Source of the DNA: Rhodothermales bacterium
GTDB taxonomy: Bacteria > Bacteroidota > Rhodothermia > Rhodothermales > Bin80
Length of the DNA stretch: 64,000 nucleotides
Direction: 5' to 3'
NCBI GenBank assembly: GCA_028278205.1
Contig: JANQES010000045.1
Span: forward strand, 16,319 to 80,318
Shown here: one piece after another, positions 30,401 through 40,759 of the stretch
How positions within the stretch are numbered: position 1 is the first letter of the stretch
Layout: each line of letters begins with the position of its first letter
Translations under genes and position numbers: made by a program
The notes under the pieces: model-generated
The model's database searches: none
What the model was told of the DNA's origin: nothing
What the model saw: the letters and a program-made list of their open reading frames with translations, nothing else

Positions 30401-33400
30401 CGTTGCCCGACACTGTCGGAGCCGGAGCCGGGGCTGCTTGCTTCAGATCAGGCCGTTTGTCGTAGACGAACTGAATCGTGTGGGCCAGCGTCGGGAAATC
30501 CCGCAGTTGCAGGTTCTCGTCCCGCTCGATGCCGTATTCCTCACGCACCGCAGCGAAAAGCTCAGCCTGCTTGACCGTGTCGATGCCCAGATCGGCTTCC
30601 AGGTCCAGATCCAGATCGAGCATGTCTTCGGGGTAGCCCGTCTGCTCGGCCACCAGCGCCAGCACTTTCTTTTCGATCGGATCGACGGCGGGTGCTGCCG
30701 GGACGGGAGCCGGGGTGACAGCCACCGGAGCCGGTTCAGGCGCTTTCGGCACAGGCGCCGGGGCTGCCGGCGTCGCGGCTACAGGCGCGGCAGGCTGCTT
30801 CGGCACGACGGGTGGGGGAGCCGGCGCCGGGGCCGGACGCGCCACGCGTTCCGGCACGGTGTCGAAGTCCGGCACGCCCTGGTCTTTGAACCGAAGCGTC
30901 CGTTTGACGATTTCGAGTTCGGGCGAGGCATAGCCGCTGACACGCGCCAGCCAGTCTTGCCGCGCGCCCTCGTTTTCGACGCGGTACGCGAAGCCGAGCC
31001 CGTCAGGATCGGGCCGCGCGCCGTTGGGCGAGGGCACCCAGCGCATCAGCGATAGGCTGATCTGCGAGCCGAAGCCCGCGCCCAGCCGCAACGCATACTG
31101 CACCGGATAGGCTCCGCCTTTCGACAGGTTGAGATTACCCAGATCCGGGTCGATCTCCTTGAAGTTGGCCACCGGCGGCACCAGCCCCGTCTCCAGCGCT
31201 TTGATAGCGAGAACGTCCTCGACGCCCGCACCCATGGCGTGGCCGGTGTAGCCCTTCGTGTTGGCGATGACGACCTGATCGGCAGCCGCGCCGAAGACGT
31301 GGCGCAGCGCGTCGATCTCGGCCTGGGCGCTACCGCCGCGCGCCGGGGTGTAGGTCTCGTGCGAGACGAAGACCGTCTGCGGCGCGATGTCGTAGCGGTT
31401 GATGCCCCACTGCTGCTCGGCCTTGACGATCAGATCCTCCATCACATGCCGGATGTGGCTGATGTCGAGGCGTGTGCCGTGGAAGGCGCTGTTGCGCGTC
31501 ACGGTGCTCAAGACCTCGGTAATGGGCCGGACGCCGCGCTCGCGCGCCGCATCTGCACTCTCGACCACGATAGACGCCGCGCCCATACCAACGATCATGC
31601 CGTGACGCCGACGGTCGAACGGCAGCGCCGCTTCTTCGACCACCTCGTCTGTGGCGGCGGCACCCGAAGCCAGGAAGCCGGCGCCGATCCAGTGCAGCAG
31701 ATTGTCCGACGTGACGTTGTCGGCGGCGACGATGACCACGCGGCGGCACCGCCCGGTGCGGATCCAATCCTCGGCCAGCGCCACGGCCTGCGTCGTCGAG
31801 GCGCAGGCGGCGTTGATCTGCGTGTTCGGTCCCCGCGCGCCGATGTACTCGGCAAACTGCGAGTGGCCCATCGACAGGATGCGGAACATCCACTTCCGGT
31901 CGAGATGGTACTCCTCTCTGGTGAGGCCCGCTTCGAGTTCGTGGATGCGCCGGTCGATTTCGCGGGCGAGCGTGTCGTCGCCGTTGGTGCCGGTCAGGCG
32001 TTCGCGCAGGCTTCGCAGGTCTTCGAGGCGCTGGCGCAGGGCCTGATCGGTGTAGAAATTCTTCATCTCCTCGGCGAAGGCATCATAGCCGGGGAAGGCC
32101 GAGGCGAAGATGACGCCCGTCTCGTCGCGCAGGGCGGGGGGTAACATCCAGCGCTCAGGCAGCTTCGAGTTGGTCGTCGTGACTTTGTAATGCATCGCCA
32201 GCGGCACGCCTGCGTCGCGCAGCGCATCGACGCCTGCGCCGATGCAGAGCCGGTCGGTCGATTCCAGCGCGTCGTCGCGGTTGGCGGGGTAGCCGAAGTC
32301 TCCGACGATGTCGAGTTCACCGGCGCGTCCGGCGAGTTTGATAACTTCGGCCTGGTTTTCGATGATCTCGAAATGCGGCTCGCCGTTTTTGGGTTTGACG
32401 AGGCGCGTGATGTGTTTATTGACCATGTCCCGGCGCAGCTTCGTCGGGATCACGTCGATGAACTGATCGCCGTGGAGCAGCGCTTCGACGTTGGTGTCGT
32501 CGAAGACCTTGTCGCGCCCCGGCAGGCCGAGGCTGGCGCCGGTGACGACGATAGGCTCCTGCAACCCTGCCGGCGCAGGCGTCGGGCGCCCTTCGTAAAT
32601 CTGCCGCCCCCGGTCGAGGAAGTCGGCGAAGAGCTTGCCGAGTTCGACGTATTTGTCCTGTCCCGCAGCCGCATGAACGGGCGGGCGCGGTGCCGCTGGG
32701 GCCTGCGCCACAACGGGCGCCGGTACCAGCGCGGGTTCGGGTTGCGACGTTTGTAGAGACGTTACATGTAACGTCTCTACGGATGCCGTCGGAACCACCG
32801 TTTCGCCAACACCAACCCCGTGCCCGGCGGCATACAATCCGCACAGCGCGTGGTTGAACGTCATCACGTCACCCTGTTTCGGGTGGTTGGCGAAGAGGGC
32901 TGAGACTTCCGGATCGCTGCCCAGCACGTCTTCGGCAAAGCCCCAGAGCGCCTTCTTCGGGCCGGTCTCGACGAACACGCGCACCCCGGCGTCATAGAGC
33001 GTCTTCAAGCCCTTGACGAACTGCACCGGCGAGGCGACTTGCTTACCGAGAATGTCGATTATTTCGGGGACGACGCCGGGGTGCATCGGGTAAAACTCCC
33101 CGCTGACGTTGGCAATGATCGGGCGGGTGGGCGGTTGGAGGTTGAGATCTTTGAGGTACTTCTTGAGCGGCTCGCTGGCCGGCGCGACGATGGAGGTGTG
33201 GAAGGCGTGGCTGACCGGGATGGGCCGCACGTCGTAGCCCGCCTCCATGATGACCTTCCCGGCTTCTTTAACCCCTGCCGTCGAGCCGCCGATGACCGAC
33301 TGAGCGGTGCTGTTGATGTTGGCGATGACCACGTAGCCTTCTACCGTCTCCAGCAGCCGTTCCACCTCTTCGATGGGCGCGAAGACCGCCGCCATCAGGC

Positions 33401-35642
33401 CGTTGTCTTCGAGCGACACTTCTGTCATCGCATGCGCGCGGGCGCTGACGGCCCGGAGCGCATCGTCGAAAGGCAGCGCGCCGGAGGCTACCAGGGCGCC
33501 GTATTCGCCGAGGCTGTGGCCCATCACCATGTCCGGCACGATGCCGTAGGCGGCCATCATCCGCGTGAGCGCGTCGTCGGTGGCGAGCACCGCCGGCTGG
33601 GTGATTTCGGTCTGCCGCAGGTCGGCTTCGAGCTTTTTGACCGCCGCCGGGTCGTCCGCGTCGATGAAGATGTAATCGCTCAGCGGCTTGCCGAGGATGG
33701 GCGTCATCACCTCGTCAGCCTCTTTAAACGTCTTGGCGACGATAGGCTCCATCTTGCGGAGGTTGCTCAGCATGTTGGCATACTGCGAGCCCTGGCCGGT
33801 GTAGAGGAACGCCACCTTGAGCGCGGGACCCTCGCCCCGGAAAATGCCTTGCGCCCGCAGCGCTTTCCACATGCCGGGATGGTTGGCGTCGATGGCTTTG
33901 AGTGCCCTTTCGGCTTTGCCGGCCAGTTCGGCGGCATCGGCATAGTCGATGGCGAGACGCACCGGGGCGCGGAGGTCTTTCTCAGCAGGCGGCGCCGGTT
34001 CCGGCGCGCGGCCTTGATCGGCCTCCTGTTTCACCTGCGTCAGGCGCTCCTTGATCTCGTCGTAGGATGCACCGCCTATCACCAGTGCGCCCCGCAACGG
34101 CGTCTTCGGCGTAGCCGAGGCAGGCGCTGACGGACCGGATGCTGACACCGACGCCGGAGCCGAGCCGCCAGGCTGCGCGCCGGCAAAGCTCACCGCCGTG
34201 CGCCCGTTCGTCTTGAGGCGTCCGGGGACGTATTCTTCCATCACCCCGTGGAAGTTCGTCCCGCCAAAACCGAAAGCGCTCACGCCCGCGCTTCGCACCT
34301 GATCGTCCTTCTTCTCCCAGGGCCGCAACTCGGTGTTCACACGCAGCGGCGATTCGGCAAAGTTGATGTTGGGGTTTTTGGTCTCAGCGTTAAGGCTCGG
34401 CGGCAGCGTCTTGTGATGGAGCGCCAGGGCCGCTTTGAGCATACCCGCCGCGCCCGCCGCGCCTTTGAGGTGGCCGATGTTGGATTTGACCGAACCCAGC
34501 GGGATCGACCCTACCGGCAGGCCGTAATCTTTGAAGACCTCCGCCAGCGAATCGGCTTCGATGACGTCGCCGACGCGGGTAGAGGTGCCGTGGCCTTCGA
34601 TCAGCGTGGCGGCGTCCGGAACGAGGCCCGCGTTCTCCCAGCCGCGCTGGATGGCAAACTTCTGCCCGATGGGGTTGGGCGCCGTGATGCCTTTACCGCG
34701 CCCGTCGCTCGATCCGCCCATACCGCGAATGACGGCGTAGATCTTATCGCCGTCTTTTTCGGCGTCGGCGAGGCGTTTGAGCAGGAACATGGCCGATCCT
34801 TCACCCATCACGAAGCCGTCGGCGCCTTTGCCGTAGGGGCGGGTGCCGGTGGCCGAGAGCGCGCCGATCTTGCAAAACTTGGTAAACGTCGAAGCGCTCA
34901 TGTTGGCATCGGTGCCGCCGGTGATGACGGCATCGTAATCGTGCTCCGTCAGCCCTTCGATGGCCGCCGTAATGCCGGCCATGGCCGAGGCGCACGCAGC
35001 ATCGACGATGTAGTTCGGCCCGTGGAAATTGAACAGGTTGGCGATGCGACCGGCGATGATGTTCGCCAGTTCGCCGGGCATCGTGTCTTCGGTGATCTCA
35101 GGAATCCGCTTGCCGATGCCGGCTTGCATTTCTTTGAGGATGGTCTGTTGCACCTCCTCCGGCAACGCCGCAAAACTCGGCGCGTGCTCCAGTTCCTGGG
35201 CATATTCCGGGAAGAAGATGCGCAGCGCTGTGATGTAATGCTTGTCGCCGCCCATGGCGTTGCCCACGATGACGGCGGTGCGGTCCGAGTCGAGCGCCCG
35301 GTCGGGGTAGCCGTAGTCGTTGAGCGCTTCGCGGGCGGCGATGATGGCCCACTTCTGCGTGCGGTCCATCTGGTCGGCCACCTTGGGCGGAATGGGCAGG
35401 CGCCATTTCATGGGCTCCCAGTTCCAGTCGTGGCACCAGCCGCCGATCTTGGAATAGCTCTTGTCGGGGGCTTTGGGATCGGGATCGAAGTAGAGGTCCG
35501 GGTCCCAGCGTTCGGGGCGGACGTCGGTGATGCTGTAGCGCCCACTTGTAAGGTTATTCCAGAAAGTGGGGGCGTCGGGCGCGTCGGGGAGGACCGCACC
35601 TACGCCTACAATGGCGACAGCTCGGTGTGCGGTATCGGTCAT
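26478..35642 (-). CDS. PfaA-like iterative type I polyketide / secondary-lipid synthase (KS-AT-KS-5xACP-KR-DH)
   Basis: ORF 26478-35717. The upstream ATG at 35717 lies inside a palindromic repeat. ATG at 35642 (MTDTAHRAVAIVGVG) has an AAAGGAAAAG-like RBS. Motifs seen: DAACASAM/HGTST/SNIGH (KS), GHSLGEY (AT), NAACAST/SHETYT/GHAMG (second KS), 5x LGIDTVKQAE (ACP), VVTGAAGSIV (KR) and FDHRIDGIPVLPG (DH). Confidence 0.9.
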   Translation of the reverse strand: MTDTAHRAVAIVGVGAVLPDAPDAPTFWNNLTSGRYSITDVRPERWDPDLYFDPDPKAPDKSYSKIGGWCHDWNWEPMKWRLPIPPKVADQMDRTQKWAIIAAREALNDYGYPDRALDSDRTAVIVGNAMGGDKHYITALRIFFPEYAQELEHAPSFAALPEEVQQTILKEMQAGIGKRIPEITEDTMPGELANIIAGRIANLFNFHGPNYIVDAACASAMAGITAAIEGLTEHDYDAVITGGTDANMSASTFTKFCKIGALSATGTRPYGKGADGFVMGEGSAMFLLKRLADAEKDGDKIYAVIRGMGGSSDGRGKGITAPNPIGQKFAIQRGWENAGLVPDAATLIEGHGTSTRVGDVIEADSLAEVFKDYGLPVGSIPLGSVKSNIGHLKGAAGAAGMLKAALALHHKTLPPSLNAETKNPNINFAESPLRVNTELRPWEKKDDQVRSAGVSAFGFGGTNFHGVMEEYVPGRLKTNGRTAVSFAGAQPGGSAPASVSASGPSAPASATPKTPLRGALVIGGASYDEIKERLTQVKQEADQGRAPEPAPPAEKDLRAPVRLAIDYADAAELAGKAERALKAIDANHPGMWKALRAQGIFRGEGPALKVAFLYTGQGSQYANMLSNLRKMEPIVAKTFKEADEVMTPILGKPLSDYIFIDADDPAAVKKLEADLRQTEITQPAVLATDDALTRMMAAYGIVPDMVMGHSLGEYGALVASGALPFDDALRAVSARAHAMTEVSLEDNGLMAAVFAPIEEVERLLETVEGYVVIANINSTAQSVIGGSTAGVKEAGKVIMEAGYDVRPIPVSHAFHTSIVAPASEPLKKYLKDLNLQPPTRPIIANVSGEFYPMHPGVVPEIIDILGKQVASPVQFVKGLKTLYDAGVRVFVETGPKKALWGFAEDVLGSDPEVSALFANHPKQGDVMTFNHALCGLYAAGHGVGVGETVVPTASVETLHVTSLQTSQPEPALVPAPVVAQAPAAPRPPVHAAAGQDKYVELGKLFADFLDRGRQIYEGRPTPAPAGLQEPIVVTGASLGLPGRDKVFDDTNVEALLHGDQFIDVIPTKLRRDMVNKHITRLVKPKNGEPHFEIIENQAEVIKLAGRAGELDIVGDFGYPANRDDALESTDRLCIGAGVDALRDAGVPLAMHYKVTTTNSKLPERWMLPPALRDETGVIFASAFPGYDAFAEEMKNFYTDQALRQRLEDLRSLRERLTGTNGDDTLAREIDRRIHELEAGLTREEYHLDRKWMFRILSMGHSQFAEYIGARGPNTQINAACASTTQAVALAEDWIRTGRCRRVVIVAADNVTSDNLLHWIGAGFLASGAAATDEVVEEAALPFDRRRHGMIVGMGAASIVVESADAARERGVRPITEVLSTVTRNSAFHGTRLDISHIRHVMEDLIVKAEQQWGINRYDIAPQTVFVSHETYTPARGGSAQAEIDALRHVFGAAADQVVIANTKGYTGHAMGAGVEDVLAIKALETGLVPPVANFKEIDPDLGNLNLSKGGAYPVQYALRLGAGFGSQISLSLMRWVPSPNGARPDPDGLGFAYRVENEGARQDWLARVSGYASPELEIVKRTLRFKDQGVPDFDTVPERVARPAPAPAPPPVVPKQPAAPVAATPAAPAPVPKAPEPAPVAVTPAPVPAAPAVDPIEKKVLALVAEQTGYPEDMLDLDLDLEADLGIDTVKQAELFAAVREEYGIERDENLQLRDFPTLAHTIQFVYDKRPDLKQAAPAPAPTVSGNGAMAPAAAPAAPVATAEDPIKQKVLALVAEQTGYPEDMLDLDLDLEADLGIDTVKQAELFAAVREEYGIERDENLQLRDFPTLAHTIQFVYDKRPDLKTAAPAPAPAATPVAASAPAAAPAPAPAPVAAPAVATEDPVKEKVLELIAGQTGYPVDMLELDLDLEADLGIDTVKQAELFAAVREEYGIERDENLQLRDFPTLAHTIQFVYDKRPDLAPTAAPAAAPAQAPAAVAAPETPVAAPTGNGAPAAAPVEVDEPVKIKVLDLIAEQTGYPVEMLELDLDLEADLGIDTVKQAELFAAVREEYGIERDENLQLRDFPTLAHTIQFVYDKRPDLKPSAAPVAAAPAAVPEAPAAAPEAPAATPAEAGEDPVTAKVLELVAEQTGYPEDMLGLDLDLEADLGIDTVKQAEMFANIRAAYDIERDDNLQLRDYPTLSHVIQFVHDRAPSLASGVADHAGDGVAAPEAPVMAPRIVGTLEDAATIARRVPVPVLRPALDLCKPTGVTLDENSYVVVMKDQGGVGKALVNRLEKRKVNVLAIDDAPDAEALIARIDEWRGEAPVTGVYWLPALDDEGSLFEMDLDGWREALRVRVKLLYATMRALYEQVNTAETFLVSATRLGGQHGYDEAGAVAPMGGPVVGFTKTYKREHNDVLCKAVDFPPSRKTAALADLIIDETLRDPGVVEVGYKNDQRYAIGLEVQPIPENDGGLDLNKDTIFVVTGAAGSIVSAITQDLAEASSGTFYLLDLVPKPDPADPDIERFITDKDGLKRDIFERIKASGERATPAMVEKELAKLERAQAALAAIQAVEQAGGTAHYHSVNLLDAEGLTKVIDEIREQHGRIDVLLHAGGLEISRFLPQKERKEFDLVFDVKSDGWFSLLKAIGEMPLGAAVVFSSVAGRFGNAGQTDYSAANDLLCKTSSSFRAIRPETRGIAIDWTAWGGIGMATRGSIPKMMEAAGIGMLPPEAGIPIIRRELISGGWSGEFVAGKELGILVQEWDATGGLDLDALEAEPLGPISEQVTGLMLFDGLTIETTLDPNEQPFLFDHRIDGIPVLPGVMGVEAFGEAAKKLFPGWHVAAIEDVDFLAPFKFYRDEPRTVTVKAVLRHDGDELLADCRLIGVRELPRGTEATTHFKATVRLAEEAPKARKTKAPAAAKGSTVEQDDVYRVYFHGPAYQVLETVWRDGDTVVGLLPADLPANHSPDDLPLVMAPRLIESCFQTAGMWEMGTHGRMGLPMRIDEVRRFGDPAKAKGRLFAVVTPEGDRYDARVVDEKGAVFVTLKGYGTAELPGGVEAEALKPLQAAMS
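27480..28980 (-). other. ketoreductase (SDR) domain
   Basis: Rossmann motif IFVVTGAAGSIVSAI and the region YSAANDLL (catalytic Tyr). Boundaries approximate. Confidence 0.7.
29050..30700 (-). repeat. five tandem ACP domains (coding tandem repeat, periods 333/354/363/342 bp)
   Basis: The landmark gtcgt(a/g)gacgaactg recurs at 30459, 30126, 29772, 29409 and 29067. The first four protein cores are identical over LGIDTVKQAELFAAVREEYGIERDENLQLRDFPTLAHTIQFVYDKRPDL. The fifth has diverged. Confidence 0.9.
31040..32560 (-). other. second KS-like domain (KS2) with long insertion
   Basis: IVVTGASLGLPG...NAACASTTQA...VSHETYTPARGG...KGYTGHAMGAGV. Retains Cys/His/His but with non-canonical contexts. Carries a charged helical insert (ALRQRLEDLRSLRERL...RRIHELEAGL). 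Confidence 0.65.
32753..32780. repeat. 28-bp perfect palindrome, copy 2, in frame inside the megasynthase gene
   Basis: Identical to 1408-1435. Translated on the minus strand as VETLHVTSLQT, in the linker after the AT domain. Confidence 0.95.
32940..33820 (-). other. acyltransferase (malonyl-type) domain
   Basis: Contains FLYTGQGSQYANM, GHSLGEYGAL and SHAFHTS. Boundaries approximate. Confidence 0.75.
34230..35630 (-). other. KS1 domain of megasynthase
   Basis: Cys-His-His triad motifs DAACASAM, EGHGTSTRVGD and SVKSNIGHLKGAAG. Confidence 0.8.
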
Positions 35643-35696
35643 GGTGCTTTTCCTTTTAGGTTCAGGCAGGATGCTTCCGTTCTGCTTTTTTGAGCC

Positions 35697-35779
35697 GTTG
35701 AGTTGGTCACTGGTCATTGGTCATTAGTGTCTTTCAAGAACCAGTGACTAGTGACCAATGACCAGTGACCAACTCAACG
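35697..35779. repeat. GTCACTGGTCATTGG-type palindromic element
   Basis: gttgagttggtcactggtcattggtcattagtg pairs with ccagtgactagtgaccaatgaccagtgaccaactcaac. A related copy lies at 46692-46770. Confidence 0.85.
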
Positions 35780-35821
35780 CAGAGGGCAGCATAATGGGTG
35801 AGGCTTCAGCGAGGCGTTGCT

Positions 35822-37507
35822 TTATTCGCGAAAGTCGCGATAGATCGCGTCTGCCACGGCGTTCATATCGTCGAGGAGGCCGCTTTGCGCGGCGTAGATG
35901 GCCGGCATGTTGAGTTTGGCCGAGAACGCTTCGACATCACTGCCGGTGACACCGGCGGCGCCGGTGATCCAGCGCAGCCCTTCGAGGCCAACCTTGAGGG
36001 CGGCTTCGCGGGCGAAGACGCGGGCGATCATGGCCAGTTCGTCCGGCTTGAAGCGTTTGTCGGCTTTGGGGTTGAGGTCGCCGTTGGCATAACGAATGGC
36101 GCGGCGGCCCAGGCAGGCGGCGCATTCGGCGAACGCGCATATCTCGCCCAGGCGGAAGAGGATGTGCTGGTTGCGCGTCAGGCGCTGCTGGCGGGCGCGT
36201 TCCATCAACTCGGCCAGCGCGTGATAGGCCAGCGCCGCCGCGTCGAGCCCGACGTTGGGATTGGCGGCATGCTCGGCTTCGAGTTGTCTGGCGGCATCAT
36301 GATAGTACGCGCCGCGCGTCTTCAGATGCTCCTGCCAGCGCGCGCGTCCGATGGTCATCTCCATGATCTCAGACGTGCCTTCATAGATCGTGGTGATCCG
36401 CACGTCGCGCTTGATCTTTTCGACCATAAACTCTTTGACGTAGCCGTAGCCGCCGTGGGCCTGGATGGCCGCTTCGGCGGCGGCGTTGCCGGATTCGGTG
36501 GCCATGTACTTGGCGATGGCGCCTTCGGTGTTGAGCGCCCCGCCATGGCCCTCGCCCGCGTCAATGCCTTCAGACGTGTATTCGATGAAGGCACGCGCGG
36601 CTTCGAGGCGAACGGCGTGCGGCACGATCAGCTTGTGGGTGTAGCCCTGCTTTTCCATCAGCAGGCTGCCACCCTGGACGCGTTCGGTGGAATAAGGAAT
36701 GGCGCGGTCGAGCGCGGCCCAGCCGGCGCCCAGGCCGAAGGAAGCCACCATCACGCGGGTGTAGCCGAAGACGTTCTGCGCCTGAACCAGACCCTGGCCC
36801 TCGACGCCGCCGAGGAGCCGGTCGGCATCGACGTAGACGTCTTGGAGCGCCAGCGCCGAGGTGTTGCTGGCGCGGATGCCGTGCTTGTCTTCGGGCTTGC
36901 CTTTGGTGAAGCCTTCGGCGTCGCGGTCAACGACGAACCAGCTCGGCCCACCGGGCGTGCGCGCCAGGATGGTGTAGAGATCGGCATAACCGCCGTTGGA
37001 GATCCACTGCTTGTTGCCGCTGATCTTGTAGCCGACGACTTTGCCGTCTTCTTCGACGGGCACGGCGGTGGTGCGGAGGGCGCCCAGGTCGCTGCCGGCG
37101 CCCGGCTCGGTGGCGCCGTAGGCCATCAGCAGGCCTTCATTCGCCAGGCGGGTGAGCCAGTGCTTCTGCTGCTCTTCGGTGCCGCCGAAGACGATGGGGT
37201 CGCTGCCCAGGAACGTGGCGAAGACGCCGGTAGCCACGCCCAGGTCAATGCGCGCCAGTTGTTCGCAGACGCGGTAGACGTCGAAGGTGCTCGCGCCCAT
37301 CCCGTCGTATTCTTCAGGGATGAACAGGAGTTGGACGCCCAGCGCATCGCCGCACATCTCGTGGATATTGTCAATCGGAAACTCGTCGTCGTGATCGAGT
37401 TGGAGGAGCTTCTCATCCGGGAAGTTGATCTCGGCGTACTCGCGTACGGCGTCGATGACCATGTCGAGGTCGTCCTTGTCGAGTCCGGTCACGTGGGTTA
37501 GTTCCAT
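35822..37507 (-). CDS. acyl-CoA dehydrogenase with C-terminal extension
   Basis: Contains [12 protein letters not shown] and [15 protein letters not shown] at 37507 is preceded by AAGGGTGA. An in-frame GTG lies at 37516. Confidence 0.85.
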   Translation of the reverse strand: MELTHVTGLDKDDLDMVIDAVREYAEINFPDEKLLQLDHDDEFPIDNIHEMCGDALGVQLLFIPEEYDGMGASTFDVYRVCEQLARIDLGVATGVFATFLGSDPIVFGGTEEQQKHWLTRLANEGLLMAYGATEPGAGSDLGALRTTAVPVEEDGKVVGYKISGNKQWISNGGYADLYTILARTPGGPSWFVVDRDAEGFTKGKPEDKHGIRASNTSALALQDVYVDADRLLGGVEGQGLVQAQNVFGYTRVMVASFGLGAGWAALDRAIPYSTERVQGGSLLMEKQGYTHKLIVPHAVRLEAARAFIEYTSEGIDAGEGHGGALNTEGAIAKYMATESGNAAAEAAIQAHGGYGYVKEFMVEKIKRDVRITTIYEGTSEIMEMTIGRARWQEHLKTRGAYYHDAARQLEAEHAANPNVGLDAAALAYHALAELMERARQQRLTRNQHILFRLGEICAFAECAACLGRRAIRYANGDLNPKADKRFKPDELAMIARVFAREAALKVGLEGLRWITGAAGVTGSDVEAFSAKLNMPAIYAAQSGLLDDMNAVADAIYRDFRE

Positions 37508-37936
37508 CGTCTTCACCCTTGGGTTTCTTAGGGGCTTGGTAGGTCGAAAAATCGAGTGCCCTAAGGAACCCTTCTGCCAACTTTATCTGTAGCGGCAATA
37601 GGATACTTCCCGTGTAGGGGTAACACAAAAGGGGCGGTGGGGGATTACCCTACAAAAAGGGAGCGGCCTGCCTCTGCCCGGCCCAAAGGTGGCTGGATTT
37701 TAAGTTTTCGATTCTTTTGACCTTGACAGCAAGAAATCCCTCTGTTTCTTCCACCCTTCAAGGCACCCCTCCCCCCTGCCGTCAGACGCTCCACGTAAGG
37801 ATCCACCCCACGCCGGTTCGCAGGCAAGGATACGCCTGCGTATATTGCGCGCACCGTCGGAAACACTAACACTCAGCAGGCAAGAAAGCGTTATGCGGTA
37901 TGGCCCGACGCCACGCGTTGCACCGCGTCCGGCGCT

Positions 37937-37996
37937 GGTCATGGGTCACGGGTCATGAGTAAGAATCCCATGACTCATGACCCGTGACTCATGACC
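37937..37996. repeat. CATGAC/GTGAC-type palindromic element
   Basis: ggtcatgggtcacgggtcatgagt pairs with catgactcatgacccgtgactcatgacc. Confidence 0.85.
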
Positions 37997-38074
37997 AACG
38001 CCGACGGGCGCGCAGCGTGCCTCCGTCAAAAAACCGCAAAACGTACTTCCTGCTTGCAAAAAAGACCGGGGAAA

Positions 38075-40123
<2,049 letters not shown>

Positions 40124-40254
40124 TGGGATCTGTCTGGACGTTTTTATGCCGGCTTCTTCCCTCGAATTAATCCTCTCAACGCCCGGTTTACCGATTCTGA
40201 ATCGGGGAAATGAGCCTGCACGTCGGGGTCTAGCTCGACCATTCCCGGCTCCCC

Positions 40255-40755
40255 CTACGCCAAAAGCGCGTCGATGGCCTGGACGAGGGAGGAGACCGAA
40301 ACCACGTCGGCGCCGATGCTCTCCACCTGCACGAGCACGTTATACCGGGCGAAAAGGGTACCCGTCTGCACGTCGCCGGGGGAGCCGAAACACACGTCGC
40401 CGGCCTCGGTGCCTACCGAGGCGCACCGCGGCAAAGACGTAGCCATGAACGTCATGACGACGTCGATCAGGCCCTCATGCGCGGCCAGCACCGTGGGGTA
40501 TTGGTAGAGCCGCACCATGACCCGCTCGCGTCCATCGGTCTCCCGGCGTCTGAAGAGATACCGATCCACCGCCTCGACGCGTTCCCCCCCTTCGCCGATG
40601 GGGTCAACGCGCTCCAGGATCCATCCCTCAACGGGTGTCTCCGGCAGTTTGACGTCTTTCCGCGTCGCGTCGGGATCGCCCTTTACGCGGCCAGACCACG
40701 CCGAGAACTCATACCGGGCCTTTACGGCCTCTCTGTAATCGTCTTGTGTCGCCAT
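40255..40755 (-). CDS. hypothetical cytoplasmic protein (partner of 40760-42196)
   Basis: ATG (MATQDDYREAV) lies 4 nt after the upstream stop. 166 aa, with no TM segment and no recognised motif. Confidence 0.5.
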   Translation of the reverse strand: MATQDDYREAVKARYEFSAWSGRVKGDPDATRKDVKLPETPVEGWILERVDPIGEGGERVEAVDRYLFRRRETDGRERVMVRLYQYPTVLAAHEGLIDVVMTFMATSLPRCASVGTEAGDVCFGSPGDVQTGTLFARYNVLVQVESIGADVVSVSSLVQAIDALLA

Positions 40756-40759
40756 AACG

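Noticed and set aside
27000-31055. 1351-aa ORF on the plus strand, plus other long plus-strand ORFs at 31239-35693
   Set aside because: They are antisense to the megasynthase. They have no domains and an Arg/Gly/His-rich composition. The minus strand carries KS, AT, ACP, KR and DH signatures.
35643-35717. Longest-ORF start codons at 35717 (synthase), 37991 (EtfD-like), 44238 (coxL), 11574 (hydrogenase beta), 14460 (YceI), 42536 (coxM), 56509 (peptidase) and 59263 (etfB)
   Set aside because: These upstream starts lie in palindromic repeats or add non-homologous leaders ahead of recognisable N-termini or signal peptides. Internal starts were preferred, but remain unverified.
37517-37936. Small ORFs (37645-37872 and 37700-37942) and a possible ncRNA in the ACAD / EtfD-like divergent spacer
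   Set aside because: The ORFs overlap each other and have poor composition with no RBS. I could not recognise any riboswitch or sRNA fold. The region is left as an unannotated promoter region.
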